From Mobula hypostoma (taxonomy: Eukaryota), in contig NC_086108.1 in assembly GCF_963921235.1 (NCBI RefSeq), positions 77,006,001 through 77,070,000 on the forward strand: DNA of 64,000 bases, read 5' to 3'. Below the pieces are notes generated by a model, which saw only the letters and a program-made list of their open reading frames with translations, was not told where the DNA came from and made no database searches. This document shows, one piece after another, positions 1-13,120 of this stretch. How positions within the stretch are numbered: the stretch's first letter is position 1; every line of letters begins with the position of its first letter. The translations under genes and the position numbers were made by a program.

Positions 1-855
1 TTCTGATTGGCAGCATTTGCGAATGCACTTCCAGTACTGATCTTGCAAGTCCCTGAAAACAGTGACTGTGTTGCTAAATGGTGGCAGTCAATAGATCAAT
101 TATCAGGGTATGAAGTGTAAATTAGGCATTTTTATTTTATTATTTCAGTCAGTCATTTCTAAAATGGATTTTGTTTTTGTCTTTGAAAGTGCCTGGTTAT
201 TATCTTATGCAAGTATTACTGAATGAAATAATAATTGTCATACTGTTTTAAAGGTTCTCAAAAATATTCCATCACTTGAATGTGCTTTTAATGCAAATAT
301 TTAAATGTTTAATTTCGCTTTGTTGGTTTTATTAGCATCAGAATTGATATTTTGGTGTAGTACCATATTGATATTGACTGTTGTAACTGGAGTATTTATT
401 GAGCAACTTTGACAAAATTTAATCGAAATTTGACTTTCTAGTTTAGTGATGGGGGAGAGACCACATTATTTTATTCAGCTGTCTGGTGAATTAGTGCATT
501 TGCGTTAACTTTAATAACCGAAAGTGTTGTGTAATGATGGCCGTATGTGGGAAATGGCTGGTGGTGTAGGAAGTAAAAATGAGGCTGTAGTCAAGTAACC
601 ATAAGGATGCTGAGCAGAAACAGTCAAGTGTCTGATGAAGGGGTACTTGCACCCAAAAGATCAACAACAGATATTTAGCTTACATCTGGATATTAGAGAT
701 GGGCAGAAAATTTTTTAGGATTGTGCTACATCCAGAATGTTCATAGCTATTATTTCATGGTAATTTGAAAGTCTTGATTTTATCTTGTAATAGAATGCGA
801 CTTACTGATGACTTTGCTTTTTTTTCCTTGTGCTTTCCATCAATTTTTTCACCTT

Positions 856-1520
856 CATAGTCATAGTCATACTTTATTGATCCCGGGGGAAATTGGATTT
901 TCATTACAGTTGCACCATAAATAATAAATAGTAATAAAACCATAAATAGTTAAATGGTAATATGTAAATTATGCCAGTAAATTATGAAATAAGTCCAGGA
1001 CCAGCCTATTGGCTCAGGGTGTCTGACCCTCCAAGGGAGGAGTTGTAAAGTTTGATGGCCACAGGCAGGAATGACTTCCTGTGACGCTCTGTGTTGCACC
1101 TCGGTGGAATGAGTCTCTGGCTGAATGTACTCCTGTGCCCAACCAGTACATTATGTAGTGGATGGGAGACATTGTCCAAGATGGCATGCAACTTGGACAG
1201 CATCCTCTTTTCAGACACCACCGTGAGAGAGTACAGTTCCATCCCCACAACATCACTGGCCTTACGAATGAGTTTGTTGATTCTGTTGGTGTCTGCTACC
1301 CTCAGCCTGCTGCCCCAGCACACAACAGCAAACATGATCGCACTGGCCACCACAAACTCGTAGAACATCCTCAGCATCGTCCGACAGATGTTAAAGGACC
1401 TCAGTTTCCTCAGGAAATAGAGACGGCTCTGACCCTTCTTGTAGACAGCCTCAGTGTTCTTTGATCAGTCCAGTTTATTGTCAATTCGTATCCCCAGGTA
1501 TTTGCAATCCTCCACCATGT
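856..1520 (-). mobile_element. Rex1/Babar-like non-LTR retrotransposon, 5'-truncated, fairly young
   Basis: Open ORF 1006-1377 (FYEFVVASAIMFAVVCWG...SHPLH...TERHRKSFLPVAIKLYN) is a typical Rex1-type C-terminus. The 3' end reads AATAAAG followed by (TATGAC)n on the minus strand. Confidence 0.85.
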
Positions 1521-1782
1521 CTTATTTTATCTTATTTACTTCATCTTATTTACAGTTGTCACTTATTTTTCCAGAGGAAATTAGCTTTTAAATTTATTTT
1601 AAGTTAACGAAATCAAGTTTTCTATTATAAGATTAATTGGGAAAATTCTAAATGTTAAAGTATTGTGGATCGAACATTCTATCTAACTGGTTTCATATAT
1701 TTTCACTCTGATGTTAGAATATTATTGACTTATTGATAGCTACTTGCGGCTAATTCAGGAACTTAATACTCTATTTAATATG

Positions 1783-2458
1783 CAGTGGATTCTGGTTAAT
1801 TGGGACATATTGGGATCAATACATTTTGGCCCAATTAGCTGAAGTTTCATAGAAATAGTTAAAAAGGTACTTTAAAAAAAGACAAATTACCATTTAACTG
1901 AGTAACAAATTATAAATTTAAATGAAATACCAAACAAATTAGAACACTACCAATACTACTGAATACTATAAAATTGTGTATTAGTATATAATAGTTATCA
2001 ACAGAGGAATTCATCCAGTGTACGCTGCCATGTTCTTTTAATTGATCATAAGTTAACAAAATCAGTACAGATACCTAGGGTAATTTTTTCGGCAAATGCA
2101 AATTTTTTTGTAGCATCTTGGCAGGGGTCTGAATTTCTTTCAAGTCGAAATAAAAAACAAAATTTATCAAAAATCACTGCTTTTGGAATTGATGACTGTC
2201 GGCCCAAATGGATAACATAATACAAGCACACGTAACTAACACTATTTAAAAACTGTTTGCTCTAAGCCCGGCGTAGTGTCTAAGGGCCACACAGTTGCAC
2301 ATGACTGATGCTAATTAGAAACTGTTTGGCATCAGTCTCCTGTCCCAAATGACTGAAGGGAATCCTGGCTATTTTCTCGATTAATTTTTGTTCTTTAAGA
2401 GTTGTCCAAATAAGTGGCTGCCCCGATTAACCGATGGCCCAATTAATGGAATCCACTG
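1783..2458 (-). mobile_element. Tigger/pogo-derived non-autonomous DNA transposon (MITE family A, copy 1)
   Basis: TIRs CAGTGGATTCTGGTTAATTGGG / CCCAATTAATGGAATCCACTG followed by TA. Reverse-oriented homologue of 3253-3959, 8984-9651 and 39033-40837. Confidence 0.85.
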
Positions 2459-3252
2459 TATATGGTTTTCCATTTACTGATATGCATAATTTTGTTTCCT
2501 GTTAAAGTGAAAAGATGTTTGTAGACGTACTAAATGGCTAAGATTGATTATTTAGTTTATTTTCAAACTGGCTTCAAGGTGGAAGTGCCTCTGTCTTCTA
2601 TCACTTTGCAATTGAAATTGAGTTTGCTGTTTAGGTAAGTTACAGGTATCGCTCATTCAGTCACATTCTATAGGTTCTGTATCTGTACTCAGTCCATTCT
2701 CATTCCAATACATCCACTTCTTTGCTATACCCACCTGCCCCTCCTCTTTGTACTTCCTCCACAATCTATCCATAAATCATTTGTCTGGATAATTATATTC
2801 ACTTAACAGTAATTTGTACAAAAAGGGAAATTGCATTGTGAGTTTCATAATGTATGAATGGCCTGTGGCACATTATGCTGGTGAAATTTTATTTGTGTTC
2901 AAGAAAACATATAAATTAAATACAGAATGTTTTCAGCTTTTGACTTGCTGTGTTTAAAGTCAAATGTTAATAGATGAATCAGTTCAATCTGTACTATGTA
3001 GAAAGTGCAATCTATGAAATACATCACTTGTAATAGGAATTTACAGCTGTAAATTTTTTGAAGTTAACCTGAGTAAACACAGATTTTTTCGCCATTTCTG
3101 TTCACAGAACAGAGGCATTAATCAGTAAACTCAAGTGGAATCAACTGTATAATTAATATGAACACCAATCTGTCAGGGTTTGATACATTCACCTAAAACA
3201 AGAGTATTTTCCACTTCTGAGTAATACTATCAAGGGAACCTTAAAAAATACA

Positions 3253-3959
3253 CAGTTGTGGATTCTGGTTAATTAGGCCATCGGTTAGTCGGGCAGCTGA
3301 TTATTTGGGACAACTCTTAAAGAACAGAATTAATCAAGAAAATTCCTGGGATTCCCTATGGGCAGGAGATTGTTGCTGAACAGGTTCCAACTGACGTCAG
3401 TTGCGTGCACTTGTGTGGCCATTAGACGCTGTACTTTGCTTAGAGCAAGTAGTTTTTAAATAGCATCAGTTGCGTGTGTTTGTATTCAAAAATCAGTGAT
3501 TGTTCTCACTGATAATTGATGAGAAATAAGCAGTAAATCAATTCCAAACTGTTTTGCTCACTGCAGTTTCAAGCATTCAGGCTTGGAGATGCCAGAAATG
3601 GCTGGAAGTGAAAATGAAACTATTTTACTACTATGAAGATTTGAAGGGTGCAGTCGTGAAGAGCATTCTGTGAAAGCAGTTCATTATTTGCACTAAGTGC
3701 CTGCACTGATTTTGTACTCTGGATTAATTTGTCCATCAATAACTTTTAGGAACTAATACACAGTTTTATAGAACTGTAGTACTATTGGTAGTATTCTAAT
3801 TTGTTCTGTATTTCATTTAAATGCATAATTTGTTACTCAGTTTCTCTTTTTTTTTATATACCTTTTGAATTATCTCCATGGAACTTCGGCAAATTGGGGT
3901 AGCTGCTTAATTGGGCCAAAAAGGTACTGATTGCTGATGTGCCCCACTGGAATCCACTG
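3253..3959 (+). mobile_element. MITE family A, copy 2
   Basis: Ends ...GTGGATTCTGGTTAATT and GGAATCCACTG. Internal remnant NCFAHCSFK resembles the pogo/Tigger NCF motif. Confidence 0.82.
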
Positions 3960-5212
3960 TTAGGATTTTATCTGCATTGACAGTTTTCTCTCTGTACTAT
4001 TTCATCTCCCCTTTCCCTCGAACATGCATGCAGGTGCACACACAGATGAGTGGGTCTGTTAGTTTGTCAAAGCCTACAAAAGTTTGGACTGATTGTTGAC
4101 TTGGGACTGGTTTGAACTGCCTAAATTAATATTGGGGTCATACTTTAAAGGCCATGGCTCTGGGACCAATGGCACCTGACCTGGGGGAGAAAAAGTGGGT
4201 GATGATATATGCCTAATGTGGCAGCAAGAGACCTTCAGTCAAGATTGATTCATCCTGGGCCAGTATAGACACTCTGCAAACTGGGAGACTACTGCTGGCA
4301 TGATGTATGATACTAAGTGTTTTAGCAAGTCAAGGCATGAATCATTCAAGATGCTGCGTGTCAGAGTTAAAGCAAACAGTTCCTGGCGCTTGAATTCCTG
4401 TTGGAGTCAGTTGCATTATGAGGAGTGTATGAAACAGACATGACGTATGAATGTTTATTTAATAATTCTCTAATATTTCCAGTGTGGCTAAGGCTTGTCC
4501 AGCGGGGAGTTATAAATCAGGAATAGGAGGCCATTAATCAGGGGGAATAAAATGGAGCGACACGCTTGCAGCTGCTACGAATGCAGGGGTTTTAATATTC
4601 ATCTCCCAGCCCTCAGTGAGGCTGGCTTATGTACCCCTGGCAAGATAAATGGGACCTACAAGGCCGCCAATCTGATTGTTGCCAAATTTCATGCTTGCTT
4701 GAAACAATAGAAGAAATTTCAGTGTAGTTGTAATAATTGAATCTGTCTCCCTATATATATATACACACACACATATTGATGCATGGTCTCTGGAATTTGC
4801 AGCATGCCTTTTTTAATGTGCTCTTCTTTACTAAATTTAAGGCAAGGGATAATATCTTTTTTATTTTACTTATGTTTCCATATATCATTTGTAACTTATA
4901 AATGGCAGAAACTCAAGGCAACAAAGTATCATTTGATCACTGCAGCAAATTTTAAATCTCATGTGTTTCTAAAATGTTTACTGCAATACTTGCTTGCTTT
5001 CAGGATTATTGAAAGCCCTCTGAATATTTATCTCACTTGAAATGTATCTAGAATTGACTACTTAATATTTAGTTTTATTCTCTGAAATTTGTGATTAATT
5101 TTATATTGTAATACTGTCATTGTTAATGAAACCTCGCAATATTCCAAATATTTTGTGTGGGATTTGTAGAGCTACATTTCTAAAACAAGCTAATAATTTC
5201 ATTTGTCACTAG

Positions 5213-5412
5213 AGATACTGCACATGCTGGAAATCTAGAGCAATACACACAATGTGCTGGAGGAGCTCAGCAGGTCAGGCAGCATCTGTGGATGGGAATA
5301 AACATTCAACATTTCGGTCCCGGTGAAGGATCTCGGCCCAAAACATTGACTGTTTATTCCTGTCCATAGATGCTGCCTGACCTGCTGAGCTCCTCCAACA
5401 CATTGTGTGTAT
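5213..5412. repeat. Palindromic Penelope pLTR-derived element (degenerate hammerhead arms)
   Basis: Inverted arms acacacaatgtgctggaggagctcagcaggtcaggcagcatct / agatgctgcctgacctgctgagctcctccaacacattgtgtgt, homologous to the 3' end of the Penelope copies. Confidence 0.85.
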
Positions 5413-5537
5413 CACTAATAACTTCAGTTAACTTTATACCCAGTTAACTTTATATCTTCAAAACCCAGCATTCATAGTGGCATCTTCTACTTTTCCAAAA
5501 TTAATTTCATTGAGGATGAGCCACAGGAGATTTCAGG

Positions 5538-6445
5538 ATCAAAATCAGCTTTATTATCACTGACACATTGTGAAATTTGTTGTTTGGAAGCTACAGTACA
5601 GTACAAGACAAAACAATGATTATAAGTTACAAAATAAATAAATAGTGCAGAAGAACAGTAATGTCATGGGTTTGTGGACTAGTCATGAATGTGATGGCAG
5701 AGGGAACCTGAAGGTAACAACACCAAGGGAGTATGTCCCAGTTGGTGAGGGTCTTTAACGATGGGTCCCACCTTCTTGGGGTATTGCCTCTTGAAGATGC
5801 CCTTGATGATGGGGAGGGTTGTGCTAGTTATGGGATTTGCTGAGTCTAAAATCCTCTTTGGTTTCTTGCAGTCCTGTGCATTGAAGGCTCCGTACCAGTC
5901 AGAATGCTCTTCACAGTACTCTTTTGGTGATGTACCAAACCTCATCAAACTCCCAATGAAGTATGGGCAGTGGTATGCCTTCTTCATGATTCCATCAATA
6001 TGTTAGGCCCAGGAGAGGTCCTGTGATATGTTGATTTACCAGGATATCATTAAGCTGCTCACCCTGTCCATCCCTGGCCCTTCTGTGAGGACTGGTATGT
6101 GTTCTCAGAACTTCCTCTTCTTGAAGTCTACAATCAGTCCCTTGGTCTTATTGACATTGAGTGCGAGGCTGTACTGTAACACGACTCAACCATCAGATTC
6201 TGCCAGAGGAAGTGGTGTTATTGGAAAATAAATAGATGCCGTTTGAGCTGCGCCTATCCTCACAATCATGACTGTGGAGAGAGTAGAGTAGTGGGCTAAG
6301 CATGCATAGTTGAGATGTGCTTTTCTGATTATCATTGAGGACGTGTTATTACTAATCAACATTGACTGTGGCCTCCTGATAAGGAAGTCGAGGATCCAGT
6401 TGCAGGGGGAGGTACAGAGTCCCAGGTTTTGGAACTTGTTATTAA
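5538..6445 (-). mobile_element. Old Rex1/L2-like LINE 3' fragment
   Basis: Minus-strand remnants QNLGLCTSPCNWILDFLIRRPQSM and LPIIKGIFKRQ...IVKDPHQLGH, with many frameshifts. Confidence 0.75.
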
Positions 6446-6466
6446 TTATCACATGTACTGATTGCA

Positions 6467-8955
6467 CCAGGATTGGGGCTTGGTGGACAGTAAGGAAAGG
6501 TATCAAAGCTTGCAGCCAGATCTAGACCAGCTGGAAAGATGGGCTGAAAAGTGCCAGATGGAATTTAATGCAGACAAGTGTGAAGTGTTGCATTTTGGGA
6601 GGATAAACCAGGATAGAACTTGCATGCTGAACAACAGGGCGCTGAGGGGTGTGGTAGAACAGAAGGATCTGTGGGAATATAGATCCATAATTCCTTGAAA
6701 ATGGCGTTACAGGTACATAGGGTTGTAAAGAGAGCTTTTGACACCTTTATAGATCGAAGTACAGGTGTCCCCCGCTTTTTGAAAGTTCGCTTTACGAAAC
6801 CTCACTGTTAGGAAAGATCTACATTAGTACCCTGGTTTTGCTTTCAGAAGGTGTTTTCACTGTTACGAAGAAAGGCAGCGCGCGATAAAAGGCAGCGCGC
6901 ACCCCGAGCAGCCGCTCGCCCCCGGATTTGGAACGGCATTGCTTAAACACGAGCCTGTGAGCAGCCGTTTGCAAGATGAGTTCTAAGGTGTCGGAAAAGC
7001 CTGAAGGAGCTCGTAAGGGTGTTACACTTAGCGTAAAACTAGACATAATTAAGCGTTTTGATCGTGGTGAATGAAGCAAGGACAAAGTGAGTTTGGCTTG
7101 TGGAAGCTGACGAAGATGATGTTGAAGAGGTTTTGGCATCCCATGACCAAGAACTGGTAGAAGAAGAGCTGATGCAATTGGAAGAGGAAAGAATAACAAT
7201 CGAAACCAAATTCAACCGAATGCAGAAAGTGAAGCAACTGCGTGAGACTTTCGCCGCAATTATAAAATACGATTTTAATTTTGAAAGGGTACGTAGGTTT
7301 AGGGGATATTTGGAGGATGTTTTGAGTCCTTACAAACAACTGTGTGATATAAAAATGCTCGAGGCTCAGCAGTCAAACAAGCCTTCCACATCAGCCACAG
7401 CAGACGACGAACCTAGATCTTCTACATCGAGACAGGCAGTCATAGGAGAAGATGAGCTGCCTGCCCTGATCGACGATGAGATGACACCCCCGTGTCCCAC
7501 CACCCCAACACCTGGGCCCCGGACAGATACTGTATCGATTCGCGGAGAATGCAGGGGTAGCTGGGAGGCACACAGCACATCTCTAAGAACATAGCCGAAA
7601 TAAACATGGTAATTAATTAGGTGCTGCCTAGCACGTCGTTGTCGGCCCAGATTAGTGCCGATGCAATCGGCAATCGCCTCTGATCTGCGCCGACATTTAC
7701 GTGCTGGGCAGCACCTAATTAATTAGCATGTTTATTTCGGCTTTTTTCTTAACGATGTGCTGTGTGCCTCCTGGCTACCCCTGCGTGCTTTGCGGCAATG
7801 TATCTGGTCGGCGGCCCGGAGGGTGGGGGCCACTGCATCACCCAGCCTGCGACGACTCAGTCTAACACACCATCATCAGTGTGCTCGATGTCTTCCCAAT
7901 TCCCGTAAGTGATACTACACTGTACATACATTATTTCTACTTTATATATGCTGTGTATTTTAACGTGTTATTTGGTAGATTTGGCAGCTTCATAGTTTAA
8001 AGGTTACTGAAGAGCGCGTTTATGCCAACAGCGCTTGCGTGAGATTTTCTGCTGAGAGCACTTGCGTGAAATTTTCGCTACGGAGATCCGTGCAGGCAAT
8101 GGTAGTAGAGAAGTATTTCTACTTTATATAGGCTGTGTATTTATCATATAATTCCTGTTTTTACTATATGTTACTGTTATTTTAGGTTTTATGTGTTATT
8201 TGGCATGATTTGGTAGGTTATTTTTGGGTCTGCGAACGGTCACAAAATTTTCCCATATAAATAAATGGTAATTGCTTCTTCGCTTTACAACATTTCGGCT
8301 TACGAACCATTTCATAGGAATGCTCTACCTTCGGATGGCGGGGGAAACCTGTATTGAGTACAGGAATTGGGATGTTATGTTGAAATTGTATAAGACGTTG
8401 GTGAGGCCTAATTTGGAGTGTTGTGACCAGAACTGCACACCTACCTACAGGAAATATTTCAATAAGATTGAAAGAGTATAGAAAAGTTAGAAGGATTTTG
8501 CTGGGACTTGATGACCTGAGTTATAGTGAGAGGTTGAAACGGTTAGGGCTTTATTCCCTAGAGCATTGGAGAGTGATTTGATAGAGGTATACAAAATTAT
8601 GAGGAGCATAGATAGGGTAAATGCAAGCAGGGTTTTTCCACTGAGGTTGAGTGAGACTAGAACTAAAGGTCATGGGTTAAGGATGGAAGGTGAAATGCTT
8701 AAGGGCGGAAGGTGAAATGCTTAAGGGCAACCTGAGGGGGAACCTCTTTACTCTGAGAGCAGTGAGATATGGAGCAAGCTTCCAGCGGAAGTATTGGATG
8801 CAGGTTTGATTTCAACATTTAAGAGAATTTTGGATAGTTATGTGGATAGGAGGTGTATGGAGGACTATGGTCCAGGTGCAGGTCAGTGGGACTAGGCAGA
8901 GTAATAATTTAACATGGACTAGATGGGCCAAAGGACCTGTTTCTGTGCTCTAGTA
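6467..8955 (+). mobile_element. CR1 LINE 3' fragment split by a Tigger insertion (6467-6761 and 8352-8955)
   Basis: DLDQLERWAEKCQMEFNADKCEVLHFG, then MLKLYKTLVRPNLE after the insertion. CR1 3' UTR gggccaaaggacctgtttctgtgct. Confidence 0.9.
6762..8351 (+). mobile_element. Tigger/pogo internal-deletion derivative, 1590 bp, TA TSD
   Basis: TA|CAGGTGTCCCCCGC...GCGGGGGAAACCTG|TA. The psq-HTH start MSSKVSEKPEGARKGVTLSVKLDIIKRFDRGE is fused to an acidic C-terminal region (ORF 7100-7594); the DDE core is absent. Confidence 0.92.
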
Positions 8956-8983
8956 CTGAAGGTTATGTACATCAAAGCATATA

Positions 8984-9651
8984 CAGTAATTTCTGGTTAA
9001 TTGGGCCATCAGTTAATCAGGGCAGTTGCTTCAATGGGGCAGGAGACTTGCTGAACAGCATCAGATGTATGCATTTGTGTGATTGTTGGACAGTACAGTG
9101 TGATTAGAGCGAACAGTTTTTAAATAGTGTTAGTTGCATGCACTTGTGTTTTAAAAAGTGATTTTTGTCATTGATAGTTGATGAGAAATAAGCAGTAAGA
9201 TAATTCAAAACTGGGCTCACTACAAAGAATTTGAAGTTATTGACAATTATCCTGAATGTTACAATGGAAATGAAGACTTGGAGGATGCAGTCATTGATAG
9301 CATTGTATGAAGGCAGTACATTATCTGCACTAAGTGTCTGCCCAGATTTTGTTCGTTTTCAGTCACTCAAAACAAAGAAGGTGGCAGGGTACAGGTACAC
9401 TGGATGAATTCCTCCATCGGTAACAATTAGGAACTAATACACAGTTTTACAGTAATATAGTAGTTTTGATAGTGATCTAATATGTTCTGTAATTCATTTA
9501 AATGCATAATTTGTTACTCAGTTAAATAATGGTTTATCTTTTTTTTGTATACCTTTTTAAAGATTTCCATGAAATTTTGGCTAATTGGGGCAGCCATAAT
9601 TGTACCAATATGTACTGGTCCTGATGTGTTTCAATTAACTGGAATCTACTG
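8984..9651 (+). mobile_element. MITE family A, copy 3
   Basis: TA|CAGTAATTTCTGGTTAATTGGG ... CAATTAACTGGAATCTACTG|TA. Confidence 0.85.
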
Positions 9652-9870
9652 TAGTGAAATGCATCATTTGTGTTAACAATCAGCATAGTCCAAAGATGTT
9701 CTGAGGGTGGCCTGCAAATGTTGCCATGGCACCAACATAACATGTCCATGATTTACCAACCTTTATGTCTTTAGAATGTGGGAAGAAACTGGAGCAACCA
9801 GATGAAGCCCATGTGGTCATGGGAGTACATCCAAACTCCTTACCCACTTGCTGCTGCTGTAAAGCCTTAC
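9652..9870 (-). mobile_element. HE1/V-SINE-like SINE, degenerate
   Basis: The reverse complement gives the V-domain-like ggagtttggatgtactcccatgaccacatgggcttcatctggttgctccagtttcttcccacattctaaagac. Confidence 0.7.
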
Positions 9871-10102
9871 ACTCCCGCATCACCTGTGAGAGGATGATCT
9901 TTGACATCCATCAGTTGGATCTTTGACATCCCTCCAATGGGTTAAATTATGTAACAGTAAATTTTGTTGATGAGATCACATTGTCAAACATCTGAGAAGG
10001 AAAAAGTTTTCAATTTTTAACTAGCTCTTTTTTAAACATTTTACAAGTAGTGATATAAAACTTTAGACATGTACACTACTGCAAGTTGTGAGGTGTTAGA
10101 AC

Positions 10103-10485
10103 ATGAGAGAAGATCTGACAGAGGTTTATAAGATATTGAGAAGCATGGATAAGATAGACAGACAGTATCTTTTTCCCAGGTTTGAAATGTCTAATACCAG
10201 AGGGCATTGGTTTAAGGTGAGAGGGGGTAATCTCAAAGGAGATGTAAGGGGCAAGTATTTTTACACAGAGGGTGGTAGGGCTTGGAATATGCTGCCTGGG
10301 TTGGTGGTAGAGGCAGATACATTAAGAGACTTTTCAGAGATAGGCACGTGAATGTGAGGAAAATGGAAAGATTGTGTTGGCAGAAGGGATTAGATTAGTT
10401 GGCCATTTGATTACTAATTTGTTTGGTTCTTCACACTTTGCGAGCTGAAGGGCTTGGTCTTGTGCTGATCTGTTCTTTGTTCCAT
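10103..10485 (+). mobile_element. CR1 3' fragment
   Basis: REDLTEVYKILRSMDKID...TRGHWFKVRGG followed by CR1 3' UTR. Confidence 0.85.
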
Positions 10486-11354
10486 GTTTAAAATAAATAA
10501 ACATCTGAAGTAACTGTTGTGAGAGAATGGATAAGGCACAGTTAATATTGTAAGTGTGCTTTTCAATGAACATTGTGACTTAGTATGCCATTATGAAATC
10601 AGTTGTTCAATATCTTGACTATTTTCAAGGCTTTATTATCACAAACATTTATAAAAAGTTGAAGTTCTTGTCAGATTAGCAATTTTAAAGGTCTTCCTTC
10701 TTTTTGAACTTTTTCCACAGAATGTGATGCTGAAGTATGTTATCACCAGCAGTGAGTTATGGATTTTCACATCTAAATACACGTCTAACTTTTCCACCAC
10801 TGGTCATTGTGTTTTATGCTGGTGCTTATATTTGGTGCTCGTTCCTTTTCTCCTTTTGTACTTTGAAGGCATGATAGATTTGAAAGGAAGCAGTCACAAT
10901 GGATCAGATATGAGTCATGGTGGATGAGATTAACTACTTAGTAATTTTGGGGAGAATATTTCAATCATTTTAGAACAATAATAATTAGGGGTTTTCTGAT
11001 CACTCAGCTGTACAACCCCAGAAAAGGAAGCCCATGTCCAAAACGTATTGTAAAATATACAGTATTCAGTAATATGTTTTTGGATGTCTTAATGTGTCAA
11101 AAGCACAACATTAATGAAAATTGTTTTTGAGCACATATATCATGTGCCTTTGAAGTGATTTTTTTTAAGAGTTGTACAGAGTTTTATCTTGTACCATTGA
11201 ATCAAGAAATGATTGTAGCAAGATAATGGACAACTGTTGAAAGGTTTTGAAGGTTATAATTGTAGGCATCTCAAAATTATCATGTATGCCTTTTTGCTAA
11301 AGTATGAAATATGAATGGAACTAAAGTCAATTAACTGAGGTGAATAAATATTCA

Positions 11355-11480
11355 AACATAGAAACATAGAAAACCTGCAATACAATACAGGCCCTTCGGC
11401 CCACGATGCCATGCTGAACATGTATTTATTTTAGAAATTACCTAGAGTTGCCCATAGCCCTCTATTTTTCTAAGCTCCAT
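11355..11480 (-). mobile_element. CR1 3' tail
   Basis: (aaacatag)2 tail plus caatacaggcccttcggccc; near-identical to 14963-15090. Confidence 0.8.
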
Positions 11481-12967
11481 TCACCACCTAAATTAGATTT
11501 ATAAATATGAATCTTGACTATTCTTTTATAGTTATTGACCTGGAATGATGTATTTTATTTTCAGTTATTGATTGAAATATAGCATAGACAATGAGAAAAA
11601 TGTTCTGATTTGTATTTCAGTATGTTTATGTTTTAATTGCTTAAGCTATAAGCTAGATCACGGATTTAAAGGGGGATGAGAAAACTGCAATGACAGCTCA
11701 TGATAAATGAATACTCTGGAAATGCAGGATTCTACTAATTTCAATTTATTCAGTGGATTCTTGTTAAGAAAATTGGCTAATCCCTATAATTGATATGTCC
11801 TCCCAGGTGGAATATGTCATTTATTTCAGTTAATTTCCTAAAGTGTAGTTCAATGGGAAGAAATCACCAGTTTGTGGTACTAACCTGGCTGAGATCTGAG
11901 GTAGAGAGACAAAAGAACCCAGCAGACTTGCATTGTTCACCTGTGACTAGCATTGAAAATATTTGTAAATATTTGCTTCTGTTCAGTTAGAGAGACTTAG
12001 AAATGAAAAAAAATGCATATATCTGGGTGAGGCTGTTATTACCAAGGCAACAATATACCAGCTTGAGTTTTCACTTTTGAAAGGAAGAGAAGAAAAAAAT
12101 GAGTGCAGAAACTTGATATCTAATCTCAATGTTATTTTAATTTATTACATCCTCTATCCTGTTAGATCACATGCATTTTTTATATTTTGGATAGAAATGT
12201 CCTATGAAATTTGGTCCTGGCATTATGAAGTGCTTTGAACACATTTCTCTGATCCAAACTAGGTCCAAAGGTGAAACATGAGTTCTATTGATTTCTTGTG
12301 TAGAACAGTTCCCTTATACCCTCATTGGCCCTGCCATACTAATGTTTGTTTTAGCAGGAAGTAAATTTAGTAATTCTGACCAATGTACATCCTTTTCCGG
12401 TGATTATGACCATTACTATAGAACTACATTTCAAGTTTTAACACAATAGAAGCAGCCATTCAAATATTTCAGGTTTCTGAGGGTGTGTAAACTAATATGA
12501 TTTAATTAATGGATTGCATAGTGAAACCATCTGAGATGTTAATTTGGGAATTCCACTGTTTAATTTGAGGAGCAAAGAGCACACGTGTGCACTAATGTTT
12601 GACAAATGACCTGTTCTATCTGATAGACCCAGTTGGGTCCATTGAGACTTTCCATCGTGATCATTATTTGCTAATGAAGTTAATGGATTCTGTTAGAGGC
12701 TGTATTGTTGCCTAGGCAGACACGATATAAGATAATTAATTCAGCATGAGTTACTAGCGCTAGTGGGAAAACACACCATTGAGCAGGTTTAATTCAGATT
12801 TTTTTTTAAGTACAAGCATAATGACTAATAGTTATACTCCTTCTGGCTTAGGTTATACTAGCCAACTATTTCAGAAGTTGCATGTAAAAACTGAATCTAC
12901 TGGAAAGATTTGATGCAAAGTCATTTAAAGTCACAGATTATGAGTTATGTTTTAAAATTTAGGAATT

Positions 12968-13050
12968 AAAGTTTTGACCATCTAAAAGATCAAGGGTTCC
13001 TACAAAAAAAAGTTTTGACCATCTAAAAGATCAAGGGTTCCTACAAAAAA
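12968..13050. repeat. Exact tandem duplication, 41-bp period, 2 copies
   Basis: gttttgaccatctaaaagatcaagggttcctacaaaaaa at 12971 and 13012. Confidence 0.95.
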
Positions 13051-13120
13051 CAAATACTAAAACAATTCTTAAAATCTTACTGTTGTTTGGATCATTCATT
13101 TAAATAATATTCCTCCTCAC

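Noticed and set aside
7100..7594. 164-aa acidic ORF as a domesticated TIGD gene
   Set aside because: Lies within TIRs and a TA TSD, lacks the DDE core, and the upstream HTH has a stop.
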